Origin: Macrostomum lignano
Lineage: Eukaryota
NCBI GenBank assembly: GCA_002269645.1
Contig: NIVC01001751.1
Span: 1-64,000, forward strand
Direction of reading: 5' to 3'
Length of the DNA: 64,000 nucleotides
Positions 1 to 11,980 of the stretch are shown here, piece after piece (the stretch's first letter is position 1; each line of letters begins with the position of its first letter). The notes under the pieces were generated by a model. It was not told the DNA's origin, did not search any database, and saw only the letters and a program-made list of their open reading frames with translations. Both the position numbers and the translations under genes were made by a program.

Positions 1-258
1 ATGTGCAATCGGCTGCTCAGCCGCAGCTATTGCACGGCGCATCTGAAGGCTGCGTACGGCTGTTCAGTCCAAGGACTGGGGTCGCATGCACACCCTTAAT
101 TACCCCAGCTAATGCTGGCACCCATTTTACAGCGGGTGAACTGAAGCAATGCCAGGTTGAGTGTCTTGCTCAAGGACACAAAACTGTTCCAGTGGATCGG
201 AAATCGAATTCCGGACCTTTCAGTCGTGAGTCCGGCACTCTAACTACTAGGCCTACTA
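1..258 (-). mobile_element. tRNA-derived CORE-type SINE, family 1, copy 1 (cut by window edge), in a DDX46 intron
   Basis: Reverse complement aligns along its length with 22553-22810, including the tRNA-like head and the TGTGTCCTTGAGCAAGACACT...GCTGTAAAATGGG core. Confidence 0.85.
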
Positions 259-783
259 CTAGTAAGTAGGCCTGCTAATATCCTGCAACAAAAACTGTTT
301 TATTAAAATACGATAATTTTTAGCAATCATAAAATCCACTTCTACAGTCGGCGATTCTGCTCTGTTGCAAAACCTGCGGCGATTTCATTATTCAATAAAT
401 CAATCAGTCGGTAAATGAGTCGGCTCGCATGATTTTCTGTAAAGATAACGGAATTCAGTTGACAGTACGGAGCCCGAATAGACGGATAGATAAGGTGAGT
501 AAAATACTAACAGTCAGCAATGGTGCCAGAAACTCACCGGCGCTAATAATCAGCAATGCGACAGCGGCCAAACACACAATGAATTTGAATTCAGTTGCAA
601 TCCGGGGCCGCGTCGGAGCTGAATTAATTTTTTTCACCGCTGAAATAGAGGGATCGTGTTTGCGGTGCTCCGCTCCGCCTTAAGCAAGCCAGTTGTTTTT
701 TAAGCGCAGCCCCCTTGCCCGCTTGCATAGCAACACCTTGGGAGACGGTTTAAACTAATCTGCGGAGAGAGAGGCGGTCTTAC

Positions 784-1181
784 CTGCGGCTCGAATCCCA
801 TGTCGAACATTCGCGTCGGCTTCGTCTAGCACGCAGAAAGTAGTCCGGCGCAGGTTAGTAACCCGGCCGGCGTTGGCCGCCAGCATGTCGATCATTCGGC
901 CAGGCGTGCAGACGACAATCTCGCAGCCGCGCTTTAGCTCAGCAATCTGCTCCGAGATGCCCGTGCCGCCGTACACGCAGACAACGCGAAGTCTGAGATG
1001 CTTAGCGAACCGTTTGGCCTCTTTGAAGATCTGCAGGGCAAGCTCGCGGGTTGGCGTCATCACTACAGCCATGGGGCCTTCGCCCGCCTCAAGAGGTGGC
1101 TGAGCGCGGATGTGCACCAGCAGCGGCAGCAGGAAGGCCAGGGTCTTGCCTGAACCCGTGGCCGCTATGCCGATCATGTCT
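784..1181 (-). CDS. DDX46: DEAD-box RNA helicase DDX46/Prp5, exon 3 (motifs I, Ia, II); 1-nt insertion near 815
   Basis: Encodes [20 protein letters not shown]...[10 protein letters not shown]...[15 protein letters not shown]...[12 protein letters not shown]...LDEAD, then [10 protein letters not shown] in a shifted frame. Acceptor cag|A at 1182/1181, donor CAG|gtaaga at 784/783. Matches recalled DDX46 sequence. Confidence 0.93.
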
Positions 1182-1862
1182 CTGCAGGGATGGAAGCAGG
1201 GGATATGCAGGGATGGAAGCGGATGATATGCAGGGATGGAAGCAGAGGATATGCAGGGATGGAAGCAGAGGATATGCAGGGATGGAAGTTGAAGAGGATA
1301 TGCAGGGATGGAAGCAGAGGATATGCAGGGATGGAAGCAGAGGATATGCAGGGATGGAAGCAAAGAATCTGCAGGGATGGAAGCAGAGGATATGCAGGGA
1401 TGGAAGCAGAGGATATGCAGGGATGGAAGTTGAAGAGGATATGCAGGGATGGAAGTTGAAGAGCATATGCAGGGATGGAAGCAAAGAATATGCAGGGATG
1501 GAAGCAAAGAATATGCAGGGATGGAAGCAAAGAATATGCAGGGATGGAAGTTGAAGAGCATATGCAGGGATGGAAGCAAAGAATATGCAAGGATGGAAGC
1601 AGAGGATATGCAGGGATGGAAGCAGAGGATATGCAGGGATGGAAGTTAAAGAGGATATACAGGGATGGAAGCAAAGAATATGCAGGGATGGAAGCAGAGG
1701 ATATGCAGGGATGGAAGCGGAGGAAATGCACAGGGATGGAAGCGGATGATATGCAGGGATGCAAGCGGAGTTGCAGGGATGGAAGCAAATGATAAGCAGG
1801 GATGGAAGCAGAGGATATACAAGGATGGAAGCAGAGGATATGCAAGAATGGAAGCAGAGGAT
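1182..1862. repeat. ~23-bp minisatellite (GCAGGGATGGAAGCAGAGGATAT and variants) filling DDX46 intron 2
   Basis: Tandem copies visible directly; explains the repetitive ORFs at 1051-1985. Confidence 0.95.
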
Positions 1863-1915
1863 ATACATGCTATGAAATTGCTCAATATAAGACCTATATG
1901 CAATAAAGTACCCAC

Positions 1916-3188
1916 CTGCCCGAGAGCGCAATGGGCAAAGCCTGGCACTGAATGGGCGTGGGCTTATCAAATTTATAGTGCCTGAGCAGATTGAGCAGGT
2001 TGGAGCTGAGCCCGGCCTGGGCCAGTCACGTACGGGCTTCGGACAATTGCGCCCCTTGGCCTGGATGCCGCCGAGCTCGCGGCGCAGCTCGGCCACCGCT
2101 TCCGGCGTCATTTCTGCCACTTCCGGGCACTCGCGATAGAAAGCCCTAGTAAATGGAGCGTACTCAATCTTGGAGTGATCAACAGAGATGAGTTTCTCTT
2201 TGCGAGCGGAGCCAGTACGCGCCATCAGCGCCTCCTCTAGGGTCTGCTCTTCCTCTTCGCTAGAGTACTCCAGTCCATCAGCATCCGCCTCCATTAGTTC
2301 GCCTTTGCGCGTCGAACTGGCCGACTTGGCGGTGCCAGCCGGCGCGGACTGGGGCTCGCTGCCCGGCCCAGCTGCCGAGCTCGTCGCCCTGATGATGGTG
2401 ACTCTGGGCCCAGAGCCCGTACCCGCCGCGGCGGAGTTAGCTAGCGGGCCGCTGTTGCAGACTTTGGCTCCTGCTTTTGCGGGCCAGCTTTCTGCAGCTG
2501 GGCCATGTAGGCGTCTAGCGGGTCCACGTCATCGTCCTCGGCATCCTCGGCTGCCTTGGCCTTCTTCAGCAGGGCCTCGTCACCGGATTCCTCGTTGCCG
2601 CCGGCTCCGACACCGTTTGAGTCGCCGAGTTTACGACGCAATGGCGGCGGCGGCTTCAGCCCTGACGGGGCGGACGGCAGGCGGAGCGGCTGCTGCAGCG
2701 CCGACTCGGCCGCCTCGGCTCGAAGCCGTTCGCGCTCGGCCCGTTCGCGCTCGATTCGCTCGCGCCTCTTTTGCATCTCCAGCTCGAGCCGGCGCGCCTC
2801 GGCCTCCCGATCGATCGGCCCGTCGCCAAGGATTACGGCGCCTTCGAGCTCGAATTTTGATTGACGCGGCCCCTGCTGCGGCTTTGGCAGCTGCGGCTGA
2901 GGCAGCAACTGCTGCTGCTGCTGAGTAGCGGCCGCCGTTCTCAGCACCTCCGACTCTGCCGCGGCCGCCGCTGCTTTAGCGGCTTTGGCAGCGGCGGCGG
3001 CTGTGGCCACAGCGGCGAGGCCATCGCGTACAGCAGGCCGCAGATGCGACGACGGCGAGCGACTTCGGCTCCGCCGTTTGTGCTCGGACGAGTGGCCGTG
3101 CCGGTCCCGGCTGCCGGAGCGGCGCCGCCTGTGCCGGTCCCGGTCCCTGTCGCGCTCCCGGTTCCTGTCCCTATCCCGGTCTCTGTAC
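1916..3188 (-). CDS. DDX46: DDX46/Prp5 exon 2 (RS/RD-rich N-terminus, DPLD motif, Q-motif region); two 1-nt deletions (~2450-2500 and ~2022)
   Basis: Encodes RD/RS repeats, DPLDAYM, KGELMEADADGLEYSSEEEE, VDHSKIEYAPFTRAFY, KPVRDW and KPTPIQCQALP, spread over three frames. Acceptor acgcag|G at 3189/3188, donor GGCAG|gtgggt at 1916/1915. Confidence 0.9.
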
Positions 3189-3302
3189 CTGCGTTTTTGT
3201 AAACGGAAACGTAAAAGGGTATGGTAAATACAAAATTTATAGTCTTGCAATTAACAGACACTAGTTAGTCATTTTGGGGTACCCTATGTGTACCAGTGAA
3301 TG

Positions 3303-3340
3303 CAGGGGCTGGCAAACTCTGGCCCGCGAGCCACATGCTG
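3303..3340 (+). mobile_element. hAT/Charlie-like terminal inverted repeat fragment
   Basis: CAGGGGCTGGCAAACTCTGGCCCGCGAGCC resembles the 5' end of hAT-Charlie MITEs; no matching second end found. Confidence 0.35.
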
Positions 3341-4956
3341 TCCTCGAGTCCTTCAGATTCACAACAGCAATCCAACTCGCTAATCATAAAACTTTGCGCC
3401 TTTTGTCAGCTATCAGCTCTCTTCTCTCCTCTCCTCTCATCTTCTCTTTTCATTCATTTTTCTAATCTGTCAGCTCTCTCCTCTATTTTCTTCTCAAAAT
3501 TCTCTCTCCTTTCCTCTCATTGGGCTCCGACAGCAGCACTGAGCTAGATTCTTCATCTGGCAACCGCTGAGTTATATCTGAAAATAACAGAAACTTTAAT
3601 ATTTACCGGATATAAACAAAACTTCTTATTACTCTATTTTTTAATTATATATTTGTCTCTTATTTCAAAATAAGAGACAAAGGTTTTTTTAGTAGTACAT
3701 AAAGATGTATGAATGTGTACAAAGAATAAAATAACTAAAAAATAAAATTTTACTTTTATGTAATAGATGTCTTTTTGATAGTTGCCATAGGCTATAACTA
3801 TATTTATAGGCCTAGCAAAACAAAATTCTTTTTCTATATAGTAAACTAAGTTTTATGCACAAATTATTATAACTTAATAACTATTTTTACCTTCTTGTTA
3901 ATCTATCATAATCTATCATGTTAATCTATTTTATCAAGTTTTAAGTTTCAAATAGTACACAATTGGTATCTAGATCTAGGTAGCACAAAATTGTTCCCTA
4001 AACATTTTTGTACATGCTCCACATTCTAGATTGTGTAGTATATGCCCAAAAAATTGGGCATGCATTGATTGGCCTTGCATATACCAAGTTTGGAAGGTGA
4101 CATATACACTGGGATTCCAGGCATATAACAAGGGTCTTGCCATTTTTCAGCCTACATCAGGGTATATCCTGGCATACATGACACAGTGGTCTATACATAG
4201 TGTCAAATGACAATTTTTTTATATAATGGCGCACAAACCCAGTGTACAAATGAGGTCTCGTCATTTTTTATGGCATTTAACCTGGGGTACATTAATATAA
4301 AATCTAAAAAAATGAGTGCATGCCTATTTTCAAAACTGCGCCAGTGCTGCAACAATAAATGACCTATTTTACATTGTGACAATAAATGACCTTTTTTGAA
4401 TTGCATAATAGACCCTTTTGGCAGTTAAGTTGGTTAATTTTTCTGCTTTTTGGCAATAATACTTACAGTAGAAAATTGATACATACAAAGATTAGTTTAA
4501 ATGCTTTATTATGAGCTTAAAAAATCTAGAATGCTTGAAATTTATGCTCAAAAATGATTATTTTATTTTTTTTCTATTTCACAATAACTCTTTCATGTGA
4601 TTCTATAAAGTGCATGCCAGATGTGCACATACACTATTTTCTTAGGAGTGATGTGCGCCAACTGTGCATGCCTACTTTTGGCATATAAGGCCAATGCACA
4701 CCTGAATTTTTGGGCATATACTACATGATCCAGAGTATGGATTTATCGTTACAATACTAGAGAATGCAAATATATATTAAACTTGTTTTTCTAGCATGCA
4801 TTTGTAATTCTACAATTTTTGTTTGAGTGTTCACCCACCATCAACATGATTCAGACTATGGTATATGCTATGCTATACTATACTATACTGGCTTTTTGAC
4901 TAGGCCTAAGGTTATTTATTGCTTAGGTGTAGGGCTAACTTCTTTATTTTCAATCA

Positions 4957-7480
4957 TCTCTACACATAAAAATCAAAACTCTGTCTATGTGTGTACAATT
5001 TTGATTGCTATGGACTCCCAAACCGCTCAACCAAATTACACCAAACTTTACACCCACCCTAAACTTACTATGGAGAATGTCTTAGGCTACTTTTAAATTC
5101 ACTAGACTCAAGTCTTCCTACCTAAAAGTACAAAAAACTGCTTAAAATGTGCAATTTTTTTCACTAAATCCTCCATAGCGCCACTCCGCTTCTACCAATT
5201 CTCTTCAAATTTGACACAGACAATCTTAAACTATTTTGACACAATTATATAAAATTTTGAGTCTCAAAGTTAATCCTGAGCGGTGCTGTGCACTTTTCAA
5301 GTTAGGCTATTTTTTCAGCAAGGCAGCCATCCCAACCTCTGCCCACCTGCCTCTCTTTCCTGATCTAGGCCTAGATGTGTAAAAGGGGTTTCAAAATTGA
5401 CTAACTTTTAGCTGCCATAAGTTTGCTCCACATGAAGCGATTGATTTTAAACTTGACACAATTCTTAATTGACTCATTCTTTGTCAAAATGTAAAGTTTC
5501 AACTCTGTAACTCAATCAGAACAGAAACTGTTAGCATGAGAATTTTGTCTGCTTTTTTGTTGTTTGTATACTCAACTCACTCATTCCCCCAGAGCCAGAC
5601 CAAGGGTAAGGCGATAGGGCTTAATGTACATGGCAATGTACAGTGTTTTGGAATAACTTTTTTAAAGCCTTCTCTGCACCCTGAGAGTGGAGAGGCTACA
5701 TTTAGCCATGAATGACAGCTTAGTGAGAAATTCTAACCACTGCCCTCTGTATAGGCAAACTCTGCAGCATTTTAATGGTGGATGGCAATTGGCAAACAAG
5801 ACAATCCAGCATCCTTTGTAAAAGCAAAAGATTTATGACAAAGTTATGCAAAGCATTACAATATGCAACCCTACTAAATTAGTCACACCATGGAAATTTA
5901 AGGTTTCTTTTAAAGGTACTTTAAAATTTAAATGGCCTCCTAAGAAATGCATATTTCCTTGGTTGTTACAATAAGACTGATGCAGACTACAGTGGAGTTG
6001 AAGATACACAAATTCTTTTCAGGCCTTGCAAATTGGCAAGAAAGATAACATGATCAAAGCATAAGAACAGCCATGAGAGTACTATGTCCAACAAATTGGC
6101 TTTCTAAGCAGGAATGGGCAGACTTTTACATCAAAGGCCAGATAAAGAATCCAGCTCATGGCTGAGGGGCAGTTGAGAGTGGAGAGAAGAAGGAATAGAC
6201 TATTCAAAAAGAGAGGAAAGGTGAGAGAGGGAATAAGGGAAAAGATAAAAGATAATAGGAGAGATGAGGGAGTGAGGATGATGAGAGGAGAGAGTAGAGA
6301 GGAGAGAGTAGAGGAGTGAGTAGAGGAGCAAGTAGAGGAGCGAGTAGAGTAGAGGAGTGAATAGAGGAGCGAGTAGAGAGTAGAGGAGCGAGTAGAGAGG
6401 AGAGTAGAGGAGTGAGTAGAGAGGAAAGAGTAGAAAAGCAAGTAGAGGAGCAAGTAGAGAGGAGAGAGTAGAGAGTAGAGTAGCAAGTGGAGAGGAGAGT
6501 GTAGAGGAGCAAATAGAGAAGAGAGAGCAGAGCTGCAGTTGAGAGGAGAGCAGAGAGAAGAGTTAGTAAAGATGAGAAAAGAGAGATGAGAAATGAGAGA
6601 TGAGAGATAAAGGAGGAGAGTGGAGAGAGAAGAGACAAGACAAGAGAAGGAGAAAATATATAGAAGAGGGAAGAGAAGAGAAGAGGTGAAAGAAAAGAGT
6701 ACAGAGGACAGAATAAGACAGCATAAAAGACAGTAAAGATGACAGATGAAAGAGGGGAGATGAGCTGAGAGCAGAGACAAAAATGAAAAGATGAGAGATG
6801 GGAGAATAAAGAGAACAGAGGAGATATAAGAGAGAAGAGATTACAGAGACGAGAGGAGAGACTAAGGGAGAGAGAAGTGAGTAAGGCGAAAGGAGAGAAA
6901 AGAGGAGAATGGAGGGGAGAGAGTAGAGAGGAAAAGAAAGATGGGAGAGGAGATGAGAGAGAGCGGGGAAGCAAAGAGAGAGGGGGAAGCAGAGAGAGAG
7001 AAGGAAGCAAAGAGAAATGAAAAGAAATAAATGAGAAGAGACAAAAAAGAAAAGAGAGATCAGAGAGCAAAAAAAGATGAGAGAAGAGAGATGAAAAAGA
7101 GAAGAAAGGAAAGGAAAGAGAGCAAAGAGGAGAGACAAGGGACAAGAGAGAAGAGAGGAAACAGAAAAGAAAATAGAAGTTTCAAAGGATCCAAGGGACA
7201 TAGGGAGAGTCAGAGGCAGAGGCCAGAGTTTGCCAATACATATTTTAGAGTCAAACAGACATTAATTGCCTATTTAACGTAAAAAGCACCCCAGCAAACA
7301 ATATCAATGTTTGTCTCAAATCCAAATTTTACACGAATGTACTCTATTTTGTTTATCTCTATCTTACTAACTATTAAAAAGTTTTTGTTTGAGTATGGCC
7401 TCAGATCTCAGAGCACATACACAAATATTTCTGGGAATCAGAATTCCCTGGGTTCAAAATTGACGGGTTTCAATAACTTG
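4957..7480 (+). mobile_element. Non-autonomous Helitron-like element, family A, solo copy in DDX46 intron 1
   Basis: A|TC 5' end (4956/4957), CA/GACA microsatellite near the 5' end, GA-rich block ~6200-7200, imperfect 3' hairpin then CTTG|T (7480/7481). Colinear diverged copy on the - strand at 29816-32467. No RepHel ORF. Confidence 0.8.
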
Positions 7481-8076
7481 TAATATAATATTATATATTA
7501 TATATTATATATATATAATATAATATTAGCCAATTACCAACTAGCTACTCAAGCTTGACTTAACCACTCAAAATTTGTTGCTACTTTTACTACCCAATTT
7601 AAGCTTGGCTCAAACAAAAATCTAGGCTCATTGATATTGGGACTCTATTGCAAGCCTATTGAAAAGTAGAAAGGAAAAAGAATAGAAGATTAGAGAAAAG
7701 AGGAGAGGCAAGATATAAAATGAGAAAGAAAATATATAAGATAAAAAGAGAGAAGAGGGGAATGGGGTAGAGCTATAGAGAGAGCAAAGAGAAGAGGAGA
7801 CTAAAAGAGAAAAACATATAAAATTCTAGACCCAGTCACTCCTAGTCTCCTATGCCTATAAAAATTGGAATTCTACTCGCGCCTGATACCAAAATATTAA
7901 TGCTGCCAACACTCTAACTTACACTACTCACATAAAAATGGAATATTAAAATTTTAATGTTGTAAGATATTATTTTAGGCCTAGTAAGGCCTAATTAAAA
8001 TGGATTATAGGCCTAGCCTAGTCTAATATGTCACAAATATGTTCTATGTACAACAAATACTTATTTTAAAGCTTAC

Positions 8077-8093
8077 CTATCTCTGCTGGACAT
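8077..8093 (-). CDS. DDX46: DDX46 first coding exon, proximal copy (MSSRDR)
   Basis: ATG TCC AGC AGA GAT AG|gtaagc: strong phase-2 donor that joins in frame to exon 2 (G TAC AGA GAC), giving MSSRDRYRDRDR. Short, so support rests on phase and composition. Confidence 0.7.
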
Positions 8094-8523
8094 TGTAGTT
8101 TACGGCCTACGCTGCCGATTTAATTCAATGCTCAAATGTTCTAATGACGTTGTCAATGATATGCAAATTGCAAATATTTATCAAGCAAAAACAAAATCTC
8201 TGGTTGCATCATATTTGAATTTTAAAGCATCGTAATCGTCACGTCATAACAAAAAATGTGAATCTGTTGGCTCTAATGGTTTCAGGCGCTAACTTTTACT
8301 AGAATCCTAAAAGCGCAAAAAGACTGAGTAATAATAAGTTATTTATGTTTTTTTAAGACACTATTAAGATAATGGAGCGATGTTCTTTCTGATTTAACGT
8401 AAAAGTCTAAAATTAATCGTTTGTTACTCATTGTATAATATTATACTTTCATTATAGGCCTAGCCTAGTCTAATATGTCACAAATATGTTCTATGTACAA
8501 CAAATACTTATTTTAAAGCTTAC

Positions 8524-8540
8524 CTATCTCTGCTGGACAT
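8524..8540 (-). CDS. DDX46: DDX46 first coding exon, distal duplicate (MSSRDR)
   Basis: Identical 17-nt coding segment and gtaagc donor in the second copy of the duplication. Confidence 0.6.
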
Positions 8541-10526
8541 TGCGGTTTACGGCCTACGCTGCCGATTTAATTCAATGCTCAAATGTTTTAATGACGTTGT
8601 CAATGATATGCAAATTGCAAATATTTAATCAAGCAAAAACAAAATCTCTGGTTGCATCATGTTTTCTGGTTTTCAGGTGCTAACTTTTACTAGAATCCTA
8701 AAAGCACAAAAAGACTGAGTAATAATAAGTTATGTTTTTTTAAAGACACTATTAAGATAATGTAGCGATGTTCTTTCTGATTTAACGTAAAAGTCTAAAA
8801 TTAATCGTTTGTTACTCATTGTTTAATTATACTTTCAAGGAAAGCCCGCTATGCATCCTCATGTACATCTAAACGCCATAACGGTTAGTTCACCAATTTT
8901 ATGCATGTCACGTGTACGCACTTTGTTTTAGTTTTTAAGTTTTTTTAAGACTTCATGCTAAACTACATGTTTGCAGCTTTAAAAGCCCGCCGGCAAATTG
9001 ACTGGAACGGCCTGTGAAATGATGAAAGCATGACTTACTATGCCCTTGACTAAATAAGACTTCTTTAGTTTGATTTATTACAAGCATATAGCGTACTCGT
9101 ACAAGCAGTAGTATTAGGACAAATTACTAAGGCTTTGAAAAGCGATTCCGCAAGTGTTGGAGAATTTTAGTAATTACGTCTTCAAAATTTTAATTCAAAA
9201 ATTGACGGTGAATCTTATTAGAAAAAAATAGTACGGACTGCTCGATAAAGCAGGTGTGGCAGGGTAAGTAGCGGGAAATCAAAAAGATGTATTATGTACA
9301 ATTCCTGCATAGAACATATAATAGCTCGTAAGCAACTAGTTGCGAGGCCAACTGCGAAGGCAACCAAAAAATAGATACGAAAAGGTGCGATATATTCGGA
9401 CAAAAAACTATTCGGCGAATTTCTGAATCTCCAATCGCACGCGGCTGTATAACAGAGACTGACTAGAGTACAATTAAAGTCTCGAATAATCGTTAGGAGC
9501 AATAATTAAGGCCAACAATTTTCATGTACTAGGCAAATAGAGATATAATATAGCAATTCTATATGACTATTGTATATATGTAGAAAATCAGATTAGCACA
9601 GCAACAAATGTGATAAGGAAAACGCAGTCCAAAAAACAAAGGATTCCCCCTCTCTATTAGGCCCAGATTAACGGAGTCCAATTAAACTGACGCGGGAAAC
9701 CGCATGCGACTAAAATCAGACAGTTGAGGCGATTTTAAACAAACAAAAAATGATACCATGGACAAACATGGCTTCAACACATAGCACACACACACACATG
9801 CCTACATATATATTTTCATATTGTAGGCAAGAACAGAAACCCGACAGACAGCTAGAAGCGAGATGTGAGCGAGACAATGTCGGAGCAAATTGTGTACGGA
9901 CATAAATATTGGCTAGCTATGCACACATGGCAAAGGCTTAGAGACATTAATGACAGAGCTGATATACACATCAATAATCAACTCTGACGAGTCATCGATC
10001 CGGGTAGCAACTACAGAATTAAGGAAATTAAGATTAGCACCGATACAAAAGTGAATCAGTTCAACTTCACTCAAGCATCATCTAATTCGACAATTCAAAA
10101 CTATTCCGCTCTCTACAGTTCTGTTAATAGTCTAAGAAATTTGCAAGGATACGAAATTTATAGTTTTGACCAGTGGTACTCGGAACAATTACAGAACTGG
10201 CATAAACTGACAATTTGCCGCCTAACCAAGTGGATAATAACAATGCGAGGGGGGGGGGCGGGTTGCAAAATAACACCAAATATTTAAACAGATATGAGCA
10301 CAGAGAATAGCGCGCCGCAGTGCAAGACACGGTGCTAATTAGCAGTATCAGTTGAACGCGGCGTCACTTTGTGGAAGAAAAGATAGAGACAATATCGATG
10401 AATGAATTAACGGTTCAATGAAAATTGTCACCCCTGACGACAAGGCATACGCAGTCTTTTTCTCTAGATTTGTTGCTTTCAGGATATCGCCACCAGCAGC
10501 GGCCCAAGGGGCCTGTAATTTTATGC

Positions 10527-10700
10527 TCAGTGATCGTGCAGGTGCAAAATGTGGCCAAAGTTCAGCAGAGAGTGGGACGGTGGCGGATGCTCGCGCAGGT
10601 AGGTAGACACGGACTGGGCCTTGGCAAGCTCTTCCATGTAGGGCAGGAGGTCGCGCAGCTCAGTGTCCGATCTGTCGCCTAGCCAGGTTTTCACCTGAAT
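10527..10700 (-). CDS. CTDSPL: CTD small phosphatase (SCP/CTDSP family), exon 5 (last)
   Basis: IQVKTWLGDRSDTELRDLLPYMEEL...stop, homologous to SCP C-terminus (WFD...SDTEL). Acceptor cactaat...ttgcag|ATT. Confidence 0.88.
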   Translation of the reverse strand: MQVKTWLGDRSDTELRDLLPYMEELAKAQSVSTYLREHPPPSHSLLNFGHILHLHDH

Positions 10701-10777
10701 CTGCAACGGGTGCAACGGATTAGTGATAGGCTGAGTGCCAGTCATGAGGTTGTGCAGTACCGATAGAGATGTCACAG

Positions 10778-11684
10778 TGCCACTGGAGTGCCAGTGTATG
10801 CAGTGGAGTGCCAGTGTATGCAGTGGAGTGCCAGTGTATGCAGTGGAGTGCCACTGGAGTGCCAGTGTATGCAGTGGAGTGCCAGTGTATGCAGTGGAGT
10901 GCCAGTGTATGCAGTGGAGTGCCAGTGTATGCAGTGGAGTGCCAGTGTATGCAGTGGAGTGCCAGTGTATGCAGTGGAGTGCCAGTGTATGCAGTAGAGT
11001 GCCAGTGTATGCAGTGGAGTGACAGTGTATGCAGTGGAGTGACAGTGGATGCAGTGGAGTGCCAGTGTATGCAGTGGAGTGCCAGTGTATGCAGTGGAGT
11101 GCCACTGGAGTGCCAGTGTATGCAGTGGAGTGCCAGTGTATGCAGTGGAGTGCCAGTGTATGCAGTGGAGTGCCAGTGTATGCAGTGGAGTGCCAGTGTA
11201 TGCAGTGGAGTGCCAGTGTATGCAGTAGAGTGCCAGTGTATGCAGTGGAGTGACAGTGTATGCAGTGGAGTGACAGTGGATGCAGTGGAGTGCCAGTGTA
11301 TGCAGTGGAGTGCCAGTGTATGCAGTGGAGTGCCACTGGAGTGCCAGTGTATGCAGTGGAGTGCCAGTGTATGCAGTGGAGTGCCAGTGTATGCAGTGGA
11401 GTGCCAGTGTATGCAGTGGAGTGCCAGTGTATGCAGTGGAGTGCCAGTGTATGCAGTAGAGTGCCAGTGTATGCAGTGGAGTGACAGTGTATGCAGTGGA
11501 GTGACAGTGGATGCAGTGGAGTGCCAGTGTATGCAGTGGAGTGCCAGTGTATGCAGTGGAGTGCCACTGGAGTGCCAGTGTATGCAGTGGAGTGCCAGTG
11601 TATGCAGAGGAGTGCCAGTGGATGCAGTGGAGTGCCAGTGGATGCAGTGGAGTGCCAGTGGATGCAGTGGAGTGCCAGTGGATG
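10778..11684. repeat. 20-bp minisatellite (GAGTGCCAGTGTATGCAGTG) with a 231-bp higher-order repeat
   Basis: The GACAG variant recurs at 11021, 11252 and 11483 (231-bp spacing). Confidence 0.95.
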
Positions 11685-11794
11685 TAGCGCAAGAGGTAGA
11701 AGCAGATAATCGCTTAGGGTTTAACAAATAAAGCTACAAATATTCAAGCAATACTACTAAGTAGTGCGACTAAGACGTGCACAAAGCAGCGTAC

Positions 11795-11980
11795 CGCATT
11801 CTCTTTATTCAGCATGTAGGAGGCTGGCGAGTTGTCAATGATGACGCACCGATCAACGGGCCGGCCTAGAAGCGACAAATCTTTCACGTAATTGTCGCAG
11901 TGAAAGACGCAGGCCTCGCGGAACAGCCGGTACTTGAGGGCGCCCCACTTGTCCAAGTGGTCCGACACCGGGTCCGCGTA
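11795..11980 (-). CDS. CTDSPL: CTDSP-family phosphatase, exon 4
   Basis: [55 protein letters not shown]; 186 nt, phase 0/0, canonical AG and GT. Confidence 0.93.

Larger units (their letters stand above)
8004..8836. repeat. Tandem segmental duplication (~447 bp plus ~386 bp) containing the DDX46 start exon
   Basis: ATTATAGGCCTAGCCTAGTCTAATATGTCAC starts at 8004 and again at 8451; the copies are colinear and the second has an internal deletion. Confidence 0.92.

Noticed and set aside
1051-1862. Long repetitive ORFs (e.g. [23 protein letters not shown])
   Set aside because: Translations of the 23-bp intronic minisatellite between two DDX46 exons.
6082-7282. Leu/Ser-rich membrane-like ORFs here and at 29951-48482
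   Set aside because: CT/GA low-complexity interiors of the Helitron-like elements lack stops by composition; no domain is recognisable.
10701-11731. 300+ aa ORFs (HWHSTAYTG / ECQCMQWS repeats) as Cys/His-rich metal-binding proteins
   Set aside because: Products of the 20-bp minisatellite in CTDSP intron 4; only 10527-10700 is real coding sequence.
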